Source: Amphiscolops sp. MND2022
Lineage: Eukaryota
Assembly: GCA_964187785.1 (NCBI GenBank)
Contig: OZ076409.1
Span: forward strand, 48,672,001-48,736,000
Reading direction: 5' to 3'
Length of the DNA stretch: 64,000 bases
Below are positions 49,713 through 62,396 of the stretch, piece after piece. Each line of letters begins with the position of its first letter. Positions within the stretch are counted from its first letter, which is position 1. A program made the position numbers and the translations under genes. The notes under the pieces are model-generated. The model worked only from the letters and a program-made list of their open reading frames with translations, made no database searches and had not been told where the DNA came from.

Positions 49713-52642
49713 ATGATTGTTGCAGGACTGAACGTAAACTTCTCTGATGTATACAAGCCCCATGGATTCAAAGAAAGGTGTCCTTTGTTGCGCGAAGACG
49801 TATTCGATTTATTGATAATATCTGCACCTCCATCATTAATTCCCTGGACGACTAAAAGAGTTGGCTATATACGACAATTTTTCCCTTCGTTGCCCATTCC
49901 AGGCTCAACCTCTTTTTTAACAATTGACACTATTTTTTCACAACAGTCATTGGAAACAGGCGTTTCGCTGCAGAATTTTTGGAGCTCTTCTTTGAAGACT
50001 ATATCAGAATCAGAAATTGCATTGGGTCATTTTATTGAAACTCTCAAGCAGTTTTTCACAAGTCAAACTTTGAAAATCAAGAAAAAAACACCTTAGTTCA
50101 TAAACTTCTTCATCTATTTCTGCCAAACTTGTTTTGCCTTCAAAGGGAAGACATTCAAACGGAGATTCAATGCCTACTTACTCTCAGTAATCCTCAGGAT
50201 CTTTTAGTCAAAATACGTCGACTTATACAATGCCCTTTCATCAAATCCACCATTCTCCCTTCAAGACGTGAACTTCAAGCGATCACAAATAAATTGAACG
50301 AAGATTTCAGATCAATACTTACTCCCAGAAGAACCCCCACTGGGTTCCGTGTTAATCTTGTTACATTTGTCAGATTCGTTGCCTGCAATTTGTATAACAA
50401 GACCAGCTTAGTCGGCTTGAGAGTCGACATTTATAGTGATGCAATGTCTCGGGGGAAAAAAGACGTCGTACGAATGGCCTTCCGAATTTTGCAAAGCGGC
50501 ATCGAAACTGAGCAATCCTCACCCCATGTCTTCAGGATTGCTGTGTTTGAGGTGAGTCGTTCAAGTTTTAATCTGAAAATTCGGAACTTGATTTCTTTTG
50601 TGAGCTACATCAAAATGTTTATTGAGAACCTAATTTTTGTCCCTGTTGTGAGCTACACTTAAAAGTTTAGTGGTAACTCAAATCTAAATTTGGTCCCTGT
50701 CGTGAGTTACACTTAAATGATTACTAAGTAGTTGGAAAACCAATTTGGTCCGTCTTGAGCAGCACTCAAATGTTTTGTTGATATAATTCTAAATTTTTCT
50801 CTGTCGTGAGAAACTGGAAGTTGAAATATGAATTTTTGGAATGTTTCCCAGGGTAAAGATGTGCGAATCAACCTGGAATACAATCTCGCCATGTCAGAAG
50901 TGCTTGGACGCCCTGGATGGCTATACAACGAAACAAAGGCCTTGCATGATGAAGGTGCTATACTGAGTTGTTCGGGTGATTCACCATTCCAACTGCGTCT
51001 TTTAAAAGGTGTTAGCAGTGATGTCTCTTGTCTGTCAAAGATGTGTCTTTATGTCAGTGATGCTGCAGATATTTCGAATCCACCACTGAAACAGACAAAA
51101 AAAGACACCGCTGAATATAAGAGAGAAATGGAAGGAAAGGGGGGTGATTCTTCCGTCAACTGTCGATTATGCTACTGGCCGAAGAACAGAACTGATCATT
51201 GACATCAACGAATGCATCCCAAAAGACTCTCTCATTTTTCTCAAATCCACTTTCAATACATGCCCTGATTTGCTGCATATGGTTGTCCATTCAGTCGAAA
51301 GTGACTTGAAGTTGCATGTGGACTCGATGTTGCTGTTGAAAGACCATGCAGCAATATGTAGACTCGAATGTAACATAACGGAACGAAATGTGAAACCGCC
51401 GAGATTCAAGTTTGAGATCGTTGAAAAACTCTGCAAGGCTGTATCTCTCAGTTTCAGAGACGCCGAAGTTATAATATCCGACTGCAACAGAATCAGCGAC
51501 TATGGCCGATCAGACTGCCCAATTTTTGAAGGTGTGTATTCATTCGAAACACTTCATGTCTACAAAGCTGATCAAACAACCTCTACAACGTCTTATAACG
51601 TATTGATATCATTGGTTGATGGGTTGGAGACATCTTTCACAAAAGGAGTGGGTATTTCTGTTCGGAAACTGGCCGACCTCCAATTCCAATCTCTTTACCA
51701 GTTACTTGATTTGCTTCGACAGAGAGAATTCAAAGATATTCCAAAGTGTAAAGATCTCTATGAGATTTATTACCAGTCAACTTTATGTCTTTTCGGTGAT
51801 CGTGCGTTGACGCCATACAAATTGAAACTGGATATTTTACTCAGACTTTTTGAGAAGGGCGAGCTTCTGTCTCCATTTTATTACATGACAGAAGGAACTG
51901 AAAAAAGCCACCACACGGCAGCCAAAGACTACAATACGAAGACAATGCGTGATGGTGGCAATGATGCTTGGGACATGTCATCCAGTTATCTCGATATTCA
52001 GTTTTCCTTTTACCGTGCAATTGATTTATGTTCTTCAAAGTCTTCGACACTTGAATCTTACCGGAAGTTGTATGGAAAAACCGACGTGACAAAGACGTAT
52101 CTTGAAATTTGCTGTGAACCCATTGCAGAACCTGAACTTGACTATCTTAGAACTGAAGACATGTTTAGAGGTATGCACTTTGTCATTCTTGGAACATATG
52201 GTCACCTGAAAGAAACTCAAGCGAGTCTTGAGAAGAAGATCACTGAAAATGGAGGAAATGTTGTTTCCAATGTAGACATCATCAACAGAAGCAAGCTGAA
52301 TTTTTTGAGCCATCACTATTGCATTTTACCAAATCGAAATTGTATCGACGCATTCATTAAAGGTCAACAAGGTAAAGAAAAATCTGCAACAAAGGCGCTT
52401 TCCAATACGATACTCGGTAACTGGATTTACTTGAACGCTGAATTTGTAATCGCCTGTGTACAGAAGAAGTCCTTGATTGATCCCAAAGGTTATGTTTTTG
52501 AAGTAGATGAGTCTGTGAGTGCCAAATTCAAAACGATGAAGTACATATCTATGGTCCCACAATTACAACGTCAATCAAACCCCCTACGACATGGTTCATT
52601 AACTTACCACACAGCAATGCGGAAGTACAAGAACGCACTAAA
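49713..52642 (+). mobile_element. RAG1/Transib-like DDE transposase with C-terminal BRCT domain. One intron (50552-50851), two homopolymer frameshifts (about 50085 and 51140); truncated by the gap.
   Basis: Motifs in order: YSDAM, SGDSPF, CPDLLHM, LTPYKLK, MTEGTEKSHH. BRCT-like FRGMHFVILG...KITENGGNV...EFVIACVQKKSLIDPKGY. The intron is phase 0 (AVFE|GKD). Confidence 0.7.
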
Positions 52643-52842
52643 NNNNNNNNNNNNNNNNNNNNNNNNNNNNNNNNNNNNNNNNNNNNNNNNNNNNNNNNNN
52701 NNNNNNNNNNNNNNNNNNNNNNNNNNNNNNNNNNNNNNNNNNNNNNNNNNNNNNNNNNNNNNNNNNNNNNNNNNNNNNNNNNNNNNNNNNNNNNNNNNNN
52801 NNNNNNNNNNNNNNNNNNNNNNNNNNNNNNNNNNNNNNNNNN
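52643..52842. other. Assembly gap (200 N)
   Basis: Run of N. Confidence 1.
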
Positions 52843-54905
52843 ACAGGCCAGGTGCACAGGTAAGTTGATTATATGCAGCACGTTTAAAAAAACCACAAGA
52901 CTACAGTTGTGATAATATTAAAAGTAATGAGCTGTTAAAGACTTGTGTTATGTTTGACTTTAATTCTTTTATTGACCACATAAAAAGTTTTTACTAAGTT
53001 TAAGTCAAGAAATTTTTGATTGACAGTGTTTTTCAAGTTATTCTTTGACAACCTTGTGGTAAGCTCCATTGGCTTTGTTTAAAAAAATATATGAGTTCAC
53101 CAAATGAGTAGTCGCATGAAAACTTTTTGAGTTGAAGAACATTTCTAAAAGTTGTCACTGAGTTGTGAACAAACATTGGCCGGTGAACAAAATGTGAAGA
53201 AGTCAAAAAAATGCAAAGGTTCATTTCATTCTCAAGAAAGTGAAGAATAATCTTTTCGGAAAGTACTTCAAACTTCAAATTTCAGTTGAATATAAAAGGT
53301 AAAAAATGTGTTTTAGAAGAAGATGTCTTGTACTGGAAAAAAGGAGAAAAAAAACAAGAATATATTGAGTACAATATAGAGTTATATAAGTGAAATTTCG
53401 GTACTAAGTACAAAATGGTGAAGTAAAAAGATTATAATGTGATTAAATGAGAGTATATAATAGCATCAGATTAGAATATTGATTATACGATTACAATGAA
53501 TTATAGTGAAATGAAGACTATACGGGGGGGTATGTATATTATGAACTAACTAGTGATTATACGGATTGTTTAAGGTTAAATAATGAGTTGAAGAAAGTCT
53601 GCGGAGTTTTGACTAATGAAAGTTTGAAGTTTGAAGTGAAGTGACCGATGAGAAACCCATGTGGATGCTGAGAAGGGAGGAGCCAGTAGTTGTGAAGATG
53701 AGAAGGAAGCGGCAGTCAGCAGTCACGATGAGATGAGAAGAAGTCAGCAAAATGAAGTAGTCATCAAAGTGGGTGTCGTCGAAGAGATGAAAAGAGAGAA
53801 GAAGGTGGTCGTTGACGAAAGAGCAAATGTTGACCACGAAATGACGATGTCATAGGAGACAGCGAAGAAGAGTAGCAGCGACGCAAGAGAAGGAGTGGCG
53901 AGGTGAAGAAGAGGTCGAGAAACATGTAGTGAAAGATGCATGTTGAAATTGATGAAAGCCATGAATCCATTAGAAAAAATCAACAGCATCAAAGTAATAA
54001 GAAGTCAAAGTAAAAGAAATGAGGTTGGTTGAAGTGATTTTTAAATTTCTTTGGCCAAAATGGATGTTTTGGAGGAGGGTGGCTTTGGAGTGTTTCAGGA
54101 TTATAACGTTGTAATTGTTGCGTATACCCAAAATCGAGAAGTGTAGCTTTGAATGCATCTATGGCATCATCTAACGCGACTTGGAAGTAGTTGTCCTTGG
54201 TTGTAAACGCCGAATTTAGGACAAAAACTGTATCAGAAGTGGTCTCGCATATAGCGACTATTGGGCCGTCAACATGGATTCGGAAATATTGTTCGAAACT
54301 GATGTGTTTTTTTTATTTGGCAGACATTATAAAGAACTTTGAGGAATGAACATCGGGTAGGAAGAGTTATATTGCCTTTGTTAATTTCCAATGACATTTT
54401 GTAAGCCATAGTGTGAAAAATTGCGGCTAGCAGACTATGCACTTTGGTTTCTGTGGAAGTAACAAGTTGTGTGATTTCAGATTTTTGCGGAGCCATTAGC
54501 AGAAGAACGAGAGCTGATATCTTGATAGAACTTCTTGGTGGTGGTAGAAGCTGAAAGAAGTCCAGAAGGAGGAAGAAGAATAGAAGTTTCTAAAACAAAT
54601 GGAGTCTTAGATTTGATGACAAAATGCCAGGAGTTTTTGGTAAATAATTTGGTGCTATACTATGTTTGTTATTGTTGTACTATAGATGAAAAGAAATTTT
54701 GAAATGAGATGAAAAAGAAAGTGCTGCAGGAGAGAGCAGAACGTAAAAGAGATTAAAGGTCTTTGTACAATAAAGAGTGTCAAAAATTTATGAATATCAA
54801 ATAGGAATGTTACCTGTATGTTGGATTGAACAGAGAAAAGTGTCCGAAAATGTGTCATATGGATCGTGTGAAAGTTAAAGAAATTTGTATTACCTGAGAG
54901 ACCAG

Positions 54906-56335
54906 TTAATGGATATTAAGAGTATTAAAAAGAGTATTCATGGATTCAAGCGCTGATTGGATTGCTTGAGAGGATTGTGTTATGTGTTGAGAATCAAGAT
55001 CTAAAGTTTGAAGGAGTTGAGAAGTCCTGTTATGGCAATGTATGAGATGGTTAAGAGTGGTGATTGGAGAATTTGACGAGTTGCGTTTATATGGGTCTAG
55101 CATTTGAGTGAGATCCTTAAGAGTACGGTTGTTCAATATGTTGAATAATTTTTCACTAGTTGTTTGTTTGATTGGAGATTTTGGAGGAGATTTCTGATTG
55201 TTATAACAGTGTTTTTGTTCAGTTTGAACTGTTTGATTTTGTTCAGTTTGAACCATGTAAGAGATGGTTTTTGCGGCTATGAACAAAAGTTCATTACATG
55301 AATGAGATTGTTTTGAGAGAGCTGTAAAAGATGAGATGTCTTTGTCATCTAAGGGCGATGAGGCAAGGTGTTTGATGACTGTTAAAGGTTTGACAATCTG
55401 AGTAGGAATGTTGCAAGGCAACAGAAAGTCATCAAAATGGATGAGATACTCTTGAGGTATAATGAGAGGACGAGATGTATCATTGTGAGGAAGCAAACAA
55501 AAATATTGTTTGACAGGGTCATAATTGCGTAGGTAGCCAGTTATTTTGGAGTAATCGGTAGTATACAAGTTCGTCATATTGAGAGGAGAAGTGTATTTAT
55601 AGTTTGCAAAGATGTAATTTTGAGGTTTCGAATGTTGACAAAAGCGGGTGTATGTTAAATGATGGGTGGCTTTTTGTGCTGTAGAGAGGAAAAAAGGATA
55701 GTTTTTATCAGTTTTAAGATCATATATGGATGGGCGAAGGAAATTAAATTGAAGAGAAAATATTTTGATTTCATTTTCAAGGCTATATTGATAGGGTGCC
55801 ATAATTTTAGAAGCAATGGAAGTGAAAAAATCTTGATTTTTATCATAGAGTTTGAAGGTGTAATCAGTTCGATGCATATATAAAGAAGTGAATTGTGATT
55901 TGAAAGAGATGCGTTTTGTAGAGAGTATAGGTACAAGATAGTCATCACGGGTTGTGGAGAGTTGTGGTTTTGTAGGTACAATTGGTGGATAGATTGGTGA
56001 TGAAAGAAATGCAGGGTCTTTCATAATTTCATATTTCTTTTTTATTGGTGGTGGAGTTTCAGGAGATTGATCATGATCCGAAGGTGTTTTATTTTTGAAG
56101 GAAAATTTTGATGTTCCATTTGTTCAAGAAGAGGATTGTCAGACGTTTCTTTAGTATCAAGAAAGAGAACAGGTGAGTCATTTGAGAGAAGTTTAGTAAC
56201 AAGATCAGCAGTGTGTATTTCAAATTGATTTTGGAGATCAATTTGGTCTTGAGTTACTTGGGAAGTCATGGTATGAAAATCTAATTGTGCTCGTGTCATA
56301 TTTAATGGCGAAAGATTTTGAGGGTACAAAAACAA
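54906..56335 (-). pseudogene. Accessory ORF downstream of the env-like gene (element 3), frameshifted; unknown function
   Basis: Adjacent ORFs of 97 and 372 aa, with the same strand and strong base skew as the env-like gene. Confidence 0.5.
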
Positions 56336-56491
56336 AACACTAACGCGTAGCTTTATCAGTTGTTTTTGGAGTGGAATTGTTGATTCTAAGGGTTACCGGG
56401 TGGTTAAGATTGATTTCAAGTGTTGATTCAATTGTTGAAGTATTTTATGAGAGAAGAAATTCGAGAGCAATGAGGTTATAAGAGTGGCCAG

Positions 56492-59044
56492 CTATGTTGG
56501 AGGAGTGAAATAGTCAGAGTGATCAGTGTTAAAAGATGGCGGAGGAAAAGAGTAATTAGTTTTCGAATGTATGCGGACAGGAGTGTCCATCTCACAATCG
56601 ACAAGTGATGTATTTAAAGGATAATCATTAGGATCTGTAGTGACAGAAGAGTAATGTGGTAAGGATGAATGAGTATTAGATTTTGATTGAGTATTATGAG
56701 GTGTGTAATTGGAATGTTGTTTTCGTTTTGGAAGGATTTTAAAACGTGTCATTTTGGAAATCCGATTTGATCGTTTTGTATTGAAAGGTGGTAGCGAAGT
56801 AATACCAGTTGGATTTGAGGAAATACCTGTTGTAACATTAGGATTGAAGGAAGATTCGTCTAATGGGTTTTCAGTAATGGTTGACAGTTGATTTGAACTT
56901 TTCGAAAATGTTTTAGAACGAACACTTTTTATGTTATTTATCATGTCAGCTGTAAGAATATTTAAAAAACCATGTGCAATAGAGTTAAGAATTGTAATAT
57001 TTTGTTTAAGATTGTACTTGATTGTAATAGTTTTGTAAAGTTTAACGATGAGTGCTAACATTGTCTGCAGAAAACAATATGTAGAAAAGTAAATTCCTCA
57101 TTGTGTCAAAATGTAACATGGGTATCCAAATGAAGCAGTAAAAGCATCAGAGAACCAAGTAGGAGTGAAGAGTGGGGTAAGATTGATTAACCGATCATGA
57201 AGTCCAATTCAATGTGTATTGTATGGAATTTCATGTGGGGAATTTTTATCATAATCAGGTGTATTAGATGAAATAAAGGAATAACTAAGAGCTTTTCCCA
57301 GAAGTTGAAGAGTAGTATCCGAATGTTCAGAAAACAAGATTCTGTTCCAAAATTGATTTATTTCAGCATTCGAATAAATACCAGCATCTTGAGCTGTAAA
57401 TGTATTAGGTCGTATTGTGGTTTTAATTTGAGAAGGAGTAAACATAAGTGGTGGTTTTCGTTTAATAAGTTCAGGGCTAAGTATGTAAAAATCTTGATCA
57501 TCAGAATCTGGGTCAAGTTCAATAATGTTTTTTTGATTATTGTCGCATGTGATAGGAGTAGCATAATCATATGTTTGTCTTGTAATAGGGTCAACATACA
57601 TAAGAGTGTCTTTAAAGTGAATAGGAATTCGATCGAAACAGCGATCAGCAATGTACAATGGAGATAGAAAGTGTGGGCAATCATATAACCAAGCAGTAGA
57701 TCCTTCAACACAGAGGAAATTACTACGATTTCCTGTTAAGAGAAAACCAGCAAGTTGAGGGTTTTGTGCTGACATTACAAGTTTTGTAAGAAGTTGATTT
57801 CGTTCTGATTCACATACTGTATGAAGAGTATTTAGTTCTTGAACAGTCATAGAACGAAAGACATGATTATTAGTGTAGTCAATTTTGGTATTTATATGAG
57901 CAACATAGTCTATAGTAGCAAAATTATTAGAAACGTTTAATGCGGGGAATACATATTTGGTATTAGAGTGGTTTAATACAAGTTTGCCAGAAATATATTC
58001 CTTGAATATAGAAGTAGGATTTGGTTGTCCTGTACGCATGTTAATTCATTCGGTATAAAAGGATTGAAGTGACAAAAAGGTCAGAGTATTGTGTAGAATA
58101 TAAATGTTCAGGTTTTCCACAAAAAGTATGTGCGTTGGGAAACACTTCAAAACGTGAAAGACTGGGATTATGTGGAGTTTCAGTATGTGGAGCACGGATG
58201 TAAGGATAGGAAGTACCTTTAATACCATTTTGAGGAGTAGCTTTTTTGGGAATTGAAGAATGTACAAAAGAGTCTATTTCAATGCAATAGCGATCTTCGA
58301 TTTTAGTCATACGTTCAATAAAATCTTGCAATGTAAAAATAAGACAGAAATCATCACTAAAGCATACAAGGGTGAAAGGAGTTTTTGTAGTGGGTTTACA
58401 GAAACCATCTGCAAAGTAACATGGTAGAGAGTGACCATCAATTATCATGACGTTTTGTGTATCATCATAAGTTAGTTCTATTTCAGATATAGCAAGACGC
58501 CAACTAACTAAGTTGACTTCAAATTGGTGATGAGCAGGACAATTATGGTAGGGGTTGCGAAGTGGGTCATATATCCAGGTTTTGTCAGCAGGCATATAAG
58601 TAAACGTACCTGTATACATTTTGTTAAGTTGGTAGACAGTAAAAGGAGTTTGAAATCGTTCTAGTTGTTCTTGAAAATAGTGGTCTTCTAAAAGTGTAAA
58701 AGTTTTGTTATAATAAAAGTTGTTTAATATTTTATTATCAGTTCCATTAAGGTGTCTATAGAGATTTTTACATTCAAGAGGATCAAGGGTAATAGGAAAT
58801 GGCATCGTATTATGATTCCAAACAGTTCTATCAACACGTCGATATTTAACATTGCCTTGGAAGCAAATTTTTCGTTTTTTCTTTGCAGAAGCTTCTTTTT
58901 CTTTGACTTTTGCTCTTACATAGACTCGGGTTTGACTATTTGCATGTTGTATGTTAGAAAGAGCTTCAGTACATTGTTTAACATTAGGAAGGTTAAATTG
59001 GCGAAGTTTATGTTGTTTTTCACAGTCATAAGGAGAGACAATAA
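56492..59044 (-). pseudogene. env: Env-like glycoprotein resembling chuvirus-type (class III, gB-related) fusion proteins; frameshifted; 5' end displaced by element 2
   Basis: PYDC...FNLPNVKQC; CESERNQLLTKLVMSAQNPQLAGF...EGSTAWLYDC; CFDRIPI...YVDPITR...PITC; AGIYSNAEINQFWNRILF; then a hydrophobic TM-like segment at about 57150-57040 and a long tail. Confidence 0.7.
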
Positions 59045-60626
59045 TGTCGCGATCTTGCTCATCCGTATAAGAATCTACCGAGCTCTCTCTAGATCTCAGT
59101 CTACTATTTTCCTGCGTAAAACAGGTTTTGGGAAGATTTTCCCATGTTTTCTGTGAATTTCCTACTTCGGGGTTCCGCTGTCGCCCACTGGACTTTTGGT
59201 CCTCCACGGTGGAATTACCTGTCCTTGGACGAGGATGAGGCCCGTTGGACACTCGGTCCACCACGGTAAAATTTGGTCTCCCCTGCATTTCTAATACAAT
59301 CTGTATAGAAGGAAGCACTGTATCAGTTATTGCAGCAGTAATAGCATTTTGAATTTGGGAATTTAAGCTGGTTTTGATTTCATTTAGTCTCCTAGACATT
59401 AGGTTTGAAATTTTCTCATTTATCATTCTATTCGTCTCAATCGTGATCTCGCTGTTTTCTCTACTGTTTGTAAGTAATGACCTAAAGTCTTCCCCAGTTA
59501 CATTAGAGGCACGTTGAGGCCTACTTGACTCAGAGTCCAAATTTATCTCAGTTTCGCTATGGCCATTATCTTGATCAATTGTTGAATAATCTCCTAACAT
59601 ACATCAACATTTTTTTCATCAGACATGATGTCTAGTTGTCTAGAGCGTCTCTCCTTCGGCTTTTGCTTCCTTGTAGATGGCATTGAAGAAACACTACTAC
59701 AAGTAATATTGAATTGGAGAACGAGTAGTACAAGTGTATGAAACGGTTAAAACAATCACAATATCAGAATTAACTGGTCAAATTTAGCAACTTGTTTGTA
59801 TTTCATGTTATCGAAAAATTGTCCTTTGGGTCTGGCCTTCTCCCTATTTATAGTTAGGAGGAGGAGACAACACAGAAAATGCGTGTCACGTTACTAAATA
59901 TAGATATGACAAACTAAAAATAGCATCATGTTAGGATACTTCACCATGACGTCATTGCATCAAAGAAAAGAATGAGGGGGGCTTTGACGGTTAAGCCGAC
60001 AAAGTAGGAAAACATTTACAGTGACCTGTAAGTACCTTCAATACTAATCTACAATACTACATGTATTCAGAATGCGTAATTTCATGTTATCACAGTATTT
60101 CACCGTAGCGGACTTTAAGTCCGCGTGGCCACACTCAAATACAGCACTAACAGCACTCTCGCGCTAATTCCACCGTGGCAGACATTCTGTCCACGGAGCG
60201 TCACTAATATACTGCGTTCTGATTGGACTGAAATACTTGTACAGCAAGTACAATAAACTAGAAGAAGCGCTCGTTTGAACGCGTTTCCTCTTCCGCATAC
60301 AATGCATTGCATTATTTGATTGATTTTTCATTCATTTGCCAAATTGCATTAACATTCCAATAACAAAACAGGCACAGGATGATTTACTAAACGATTAAAT
60401 TCATCCTGGTAAACTAAAATTATTAATTGCACTGAGGCCGTATCGACCTTGAGTCTTTTACGGTGAAAATAAAAGTAATAAAAATAAGAACAAAATACTT
60501 GCAGTTTATACTACTTTTAGGTCCTTGGCAGTCTTTATATGGGGAGTACTCCTGGAGTAGGATTAGAGTTGTCTCCTTCCAATGTGATTTGTTAAACATT
60601 GCCGTCACAGGCGGCAGCCTGCGACA
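59045..60626 (-). repeat. 3' LTR of element 2 (1582 bp), containing a gag 5' end (ATG 59683) and a TATAAATA box near 59845
   Basis: On the minus strand it begins TGTCGCA (as element 1's LTR does) right after the purine run AGGGGAG and ends ...GCGACA, where composition and protein content switch abruptly. Confidence 0.8.
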
Positions 60627-61353
60627 CTCCCCTAAGGATAAAGAGCACTGCACCCTGGTACATTCCGGCTAAGAAGGCATCACGTCTTCTCTGTTGATCG
60701 TTGTAACTTTCTCCTCGATAAGTAGTGGACTCTAGGTATCCAAGGACAGCGGTTTCTTTCATTTGTTCATAAATCCTCCCGCAAACTATACAATCACCAT
60801 ATTGAGCTTGGTTTGGCTGTCCACATTGTGACGCTATGCGGACACGCAGTCCTTGTATATGCGAATTTGGTTGGAGCGGCATTTGAGGCTGCGTTATCGT
60901 TGTGTAGTCACAATTATTGTAAATTGGACCACGTTCGTGTGGTGGAGGAGACAGGGGTGTGTCAACTAAAGGCCTTAGTTTACCACAATACTTTTTGGGC
61001 TGGTTACTGCTTTGGGTAGTTGTACTTGGCCCCACTCCCCTATCCAGCGGATCAGCCTGGCTGTCCACCAACTGCATCATGCTATCAAAATCCTCCCAGG
61101 GAAAATCGGGGTAGGTTTCTCCAGCATTTTCTGGTAACTCCACAGTCCTTTTTCGACCTGCAACTAGTCCTTCTGTCTGGATTGGTAGTTGCCGGAAACA
61201 CGAGATCACTTCGATATCACTATCTTCAGATTCGTCTCGGTTAGCACTGACTGACTGAATGTCCACATCGATTTCTTCATCAGAAGAGTAGTATCCAGGA
61301 CTGACTGGAAGAGCTGAGAGGTCGTCTAGACGGAACGGTAGATTCATTTCCAT
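60592..61353 (-). CDS. ORF-X homolog of element 2 (253 aa)
   Basis: GDCIVCGRIYEQ...YLESTTYRGE...RDAFLAG...GVSQAAACDG aligns with GYCDICGKCYDQ...YLMATEYEGE...SRAFIHG...GLSHPSRCDG. Confidence 0.85.
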   Translation of the reverse strand: MEMNLPFRLDDLSALPVSPGYYSSDEEIDVDIQSVSANRDESEDSDIEVISCFRQLPIQTEGLVAGRKRTVELPENAGETYPDFPWEDFDSMMQLVDSQADPLDRGVGPSTTTQSSNQPKKYCGKLRPLVDTPLSPPPHERGPIYNNCDYTTITQPQMPLQPNSHIQGLRVRIASQCGQPNQAQYGDCIVCGRIYEQMKETAVLGYLESTTYRGESYNDQQRRRDAFLAGMYQGAVLFILRGVSQAAACDGNV

Positions 61354-62396
61354 TTTGTTTCGAAATCTACTAAGAAAGACTTTCTTCGCAAATTTGAGGT
61401 TTCTTTACTCGACTGTTTACGAACTTCCCGGCGGGGTAGCAGTTTCTGATCTTTCCTAAATCTTTACCAAACATTCCATATATGTAGGTTTTACCCAATT
61501 TCCCGAAATGGCAACTAACGTAAACTTCATGTCAATAGGTTCTTGAAGGACCTTCTAGTTGTTTACCTAACCACTTGATAGCAGTGAATAGGTGTAATAA
61601 GTGTTAACTCAGGTTAACGGCCGATAAACAACTTCACCATCAAAGACCTTCAGTCCGCATGGCCACATCAACTTAAGTGACCAATGAGGTGTTAGAGATA
61701 AAAGAATGATAAAATTGATGGAAATCAAGTAAAATGGTGGTTTCAACGGATTTAACACTAATTTACGAAATGAACTAATCCCTAAAATGAAATGAGGACA
61801 TGGATTTCACTGGCAGGTTCAATCCACGATGAGAGAGATCTTGACTTGATTATTAAATAATAATAGAGATTGTACATGAGACGAATTGTACATAGTTGTA
61901 GATGTAAGAACTAATTATTAGGCCACGACGTCCATGCATAAAGTAAGTAATTAACCGTCTTGTGTTTTGTACTCCGTGTACGTTGTTTCTAAGTCTAGAG
62001 TGGTCGGTAAGTATACGTAATGTTATTATATTATAATGTATGTCCTGTGTCTGTGATCCAGTAATCTTTTCGCTCTCTTTTCGTCTCTTACACTCAAATT
62101 GATTATTACCACGATTTGTAATTCTACCCATCAAGGGATTATATATTCCTGAATACTATACGGCCGAGTAGACACACTGGTCTGGCATTGATTATCACGG
62201 GCCTACAAAAGGATTGAGTCAGCTTCTTGAGCATATTCTTCAGCCCAACATTTCCAAACGACGTGCGGGACAACAATTCTGTTTTCCATCATGGAAATAA
62301 CATCAGGTTGGTTCTTTCATTTTGTCTCACTAAACTTGATCAGGGTTAGGTTCGACTAATAATACTTCCTACATCGTGAAATGATTTCAAACTAAG

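Noticed and set aside
52549..52896. ORFs spanning the X run
   Set aside because: Artefact of translating across the N gap; contiguity across the gap is not established.
58041..59600. A single native 519-aa protein
   Set aside because: It is a chimera across an LTR end at 59045.
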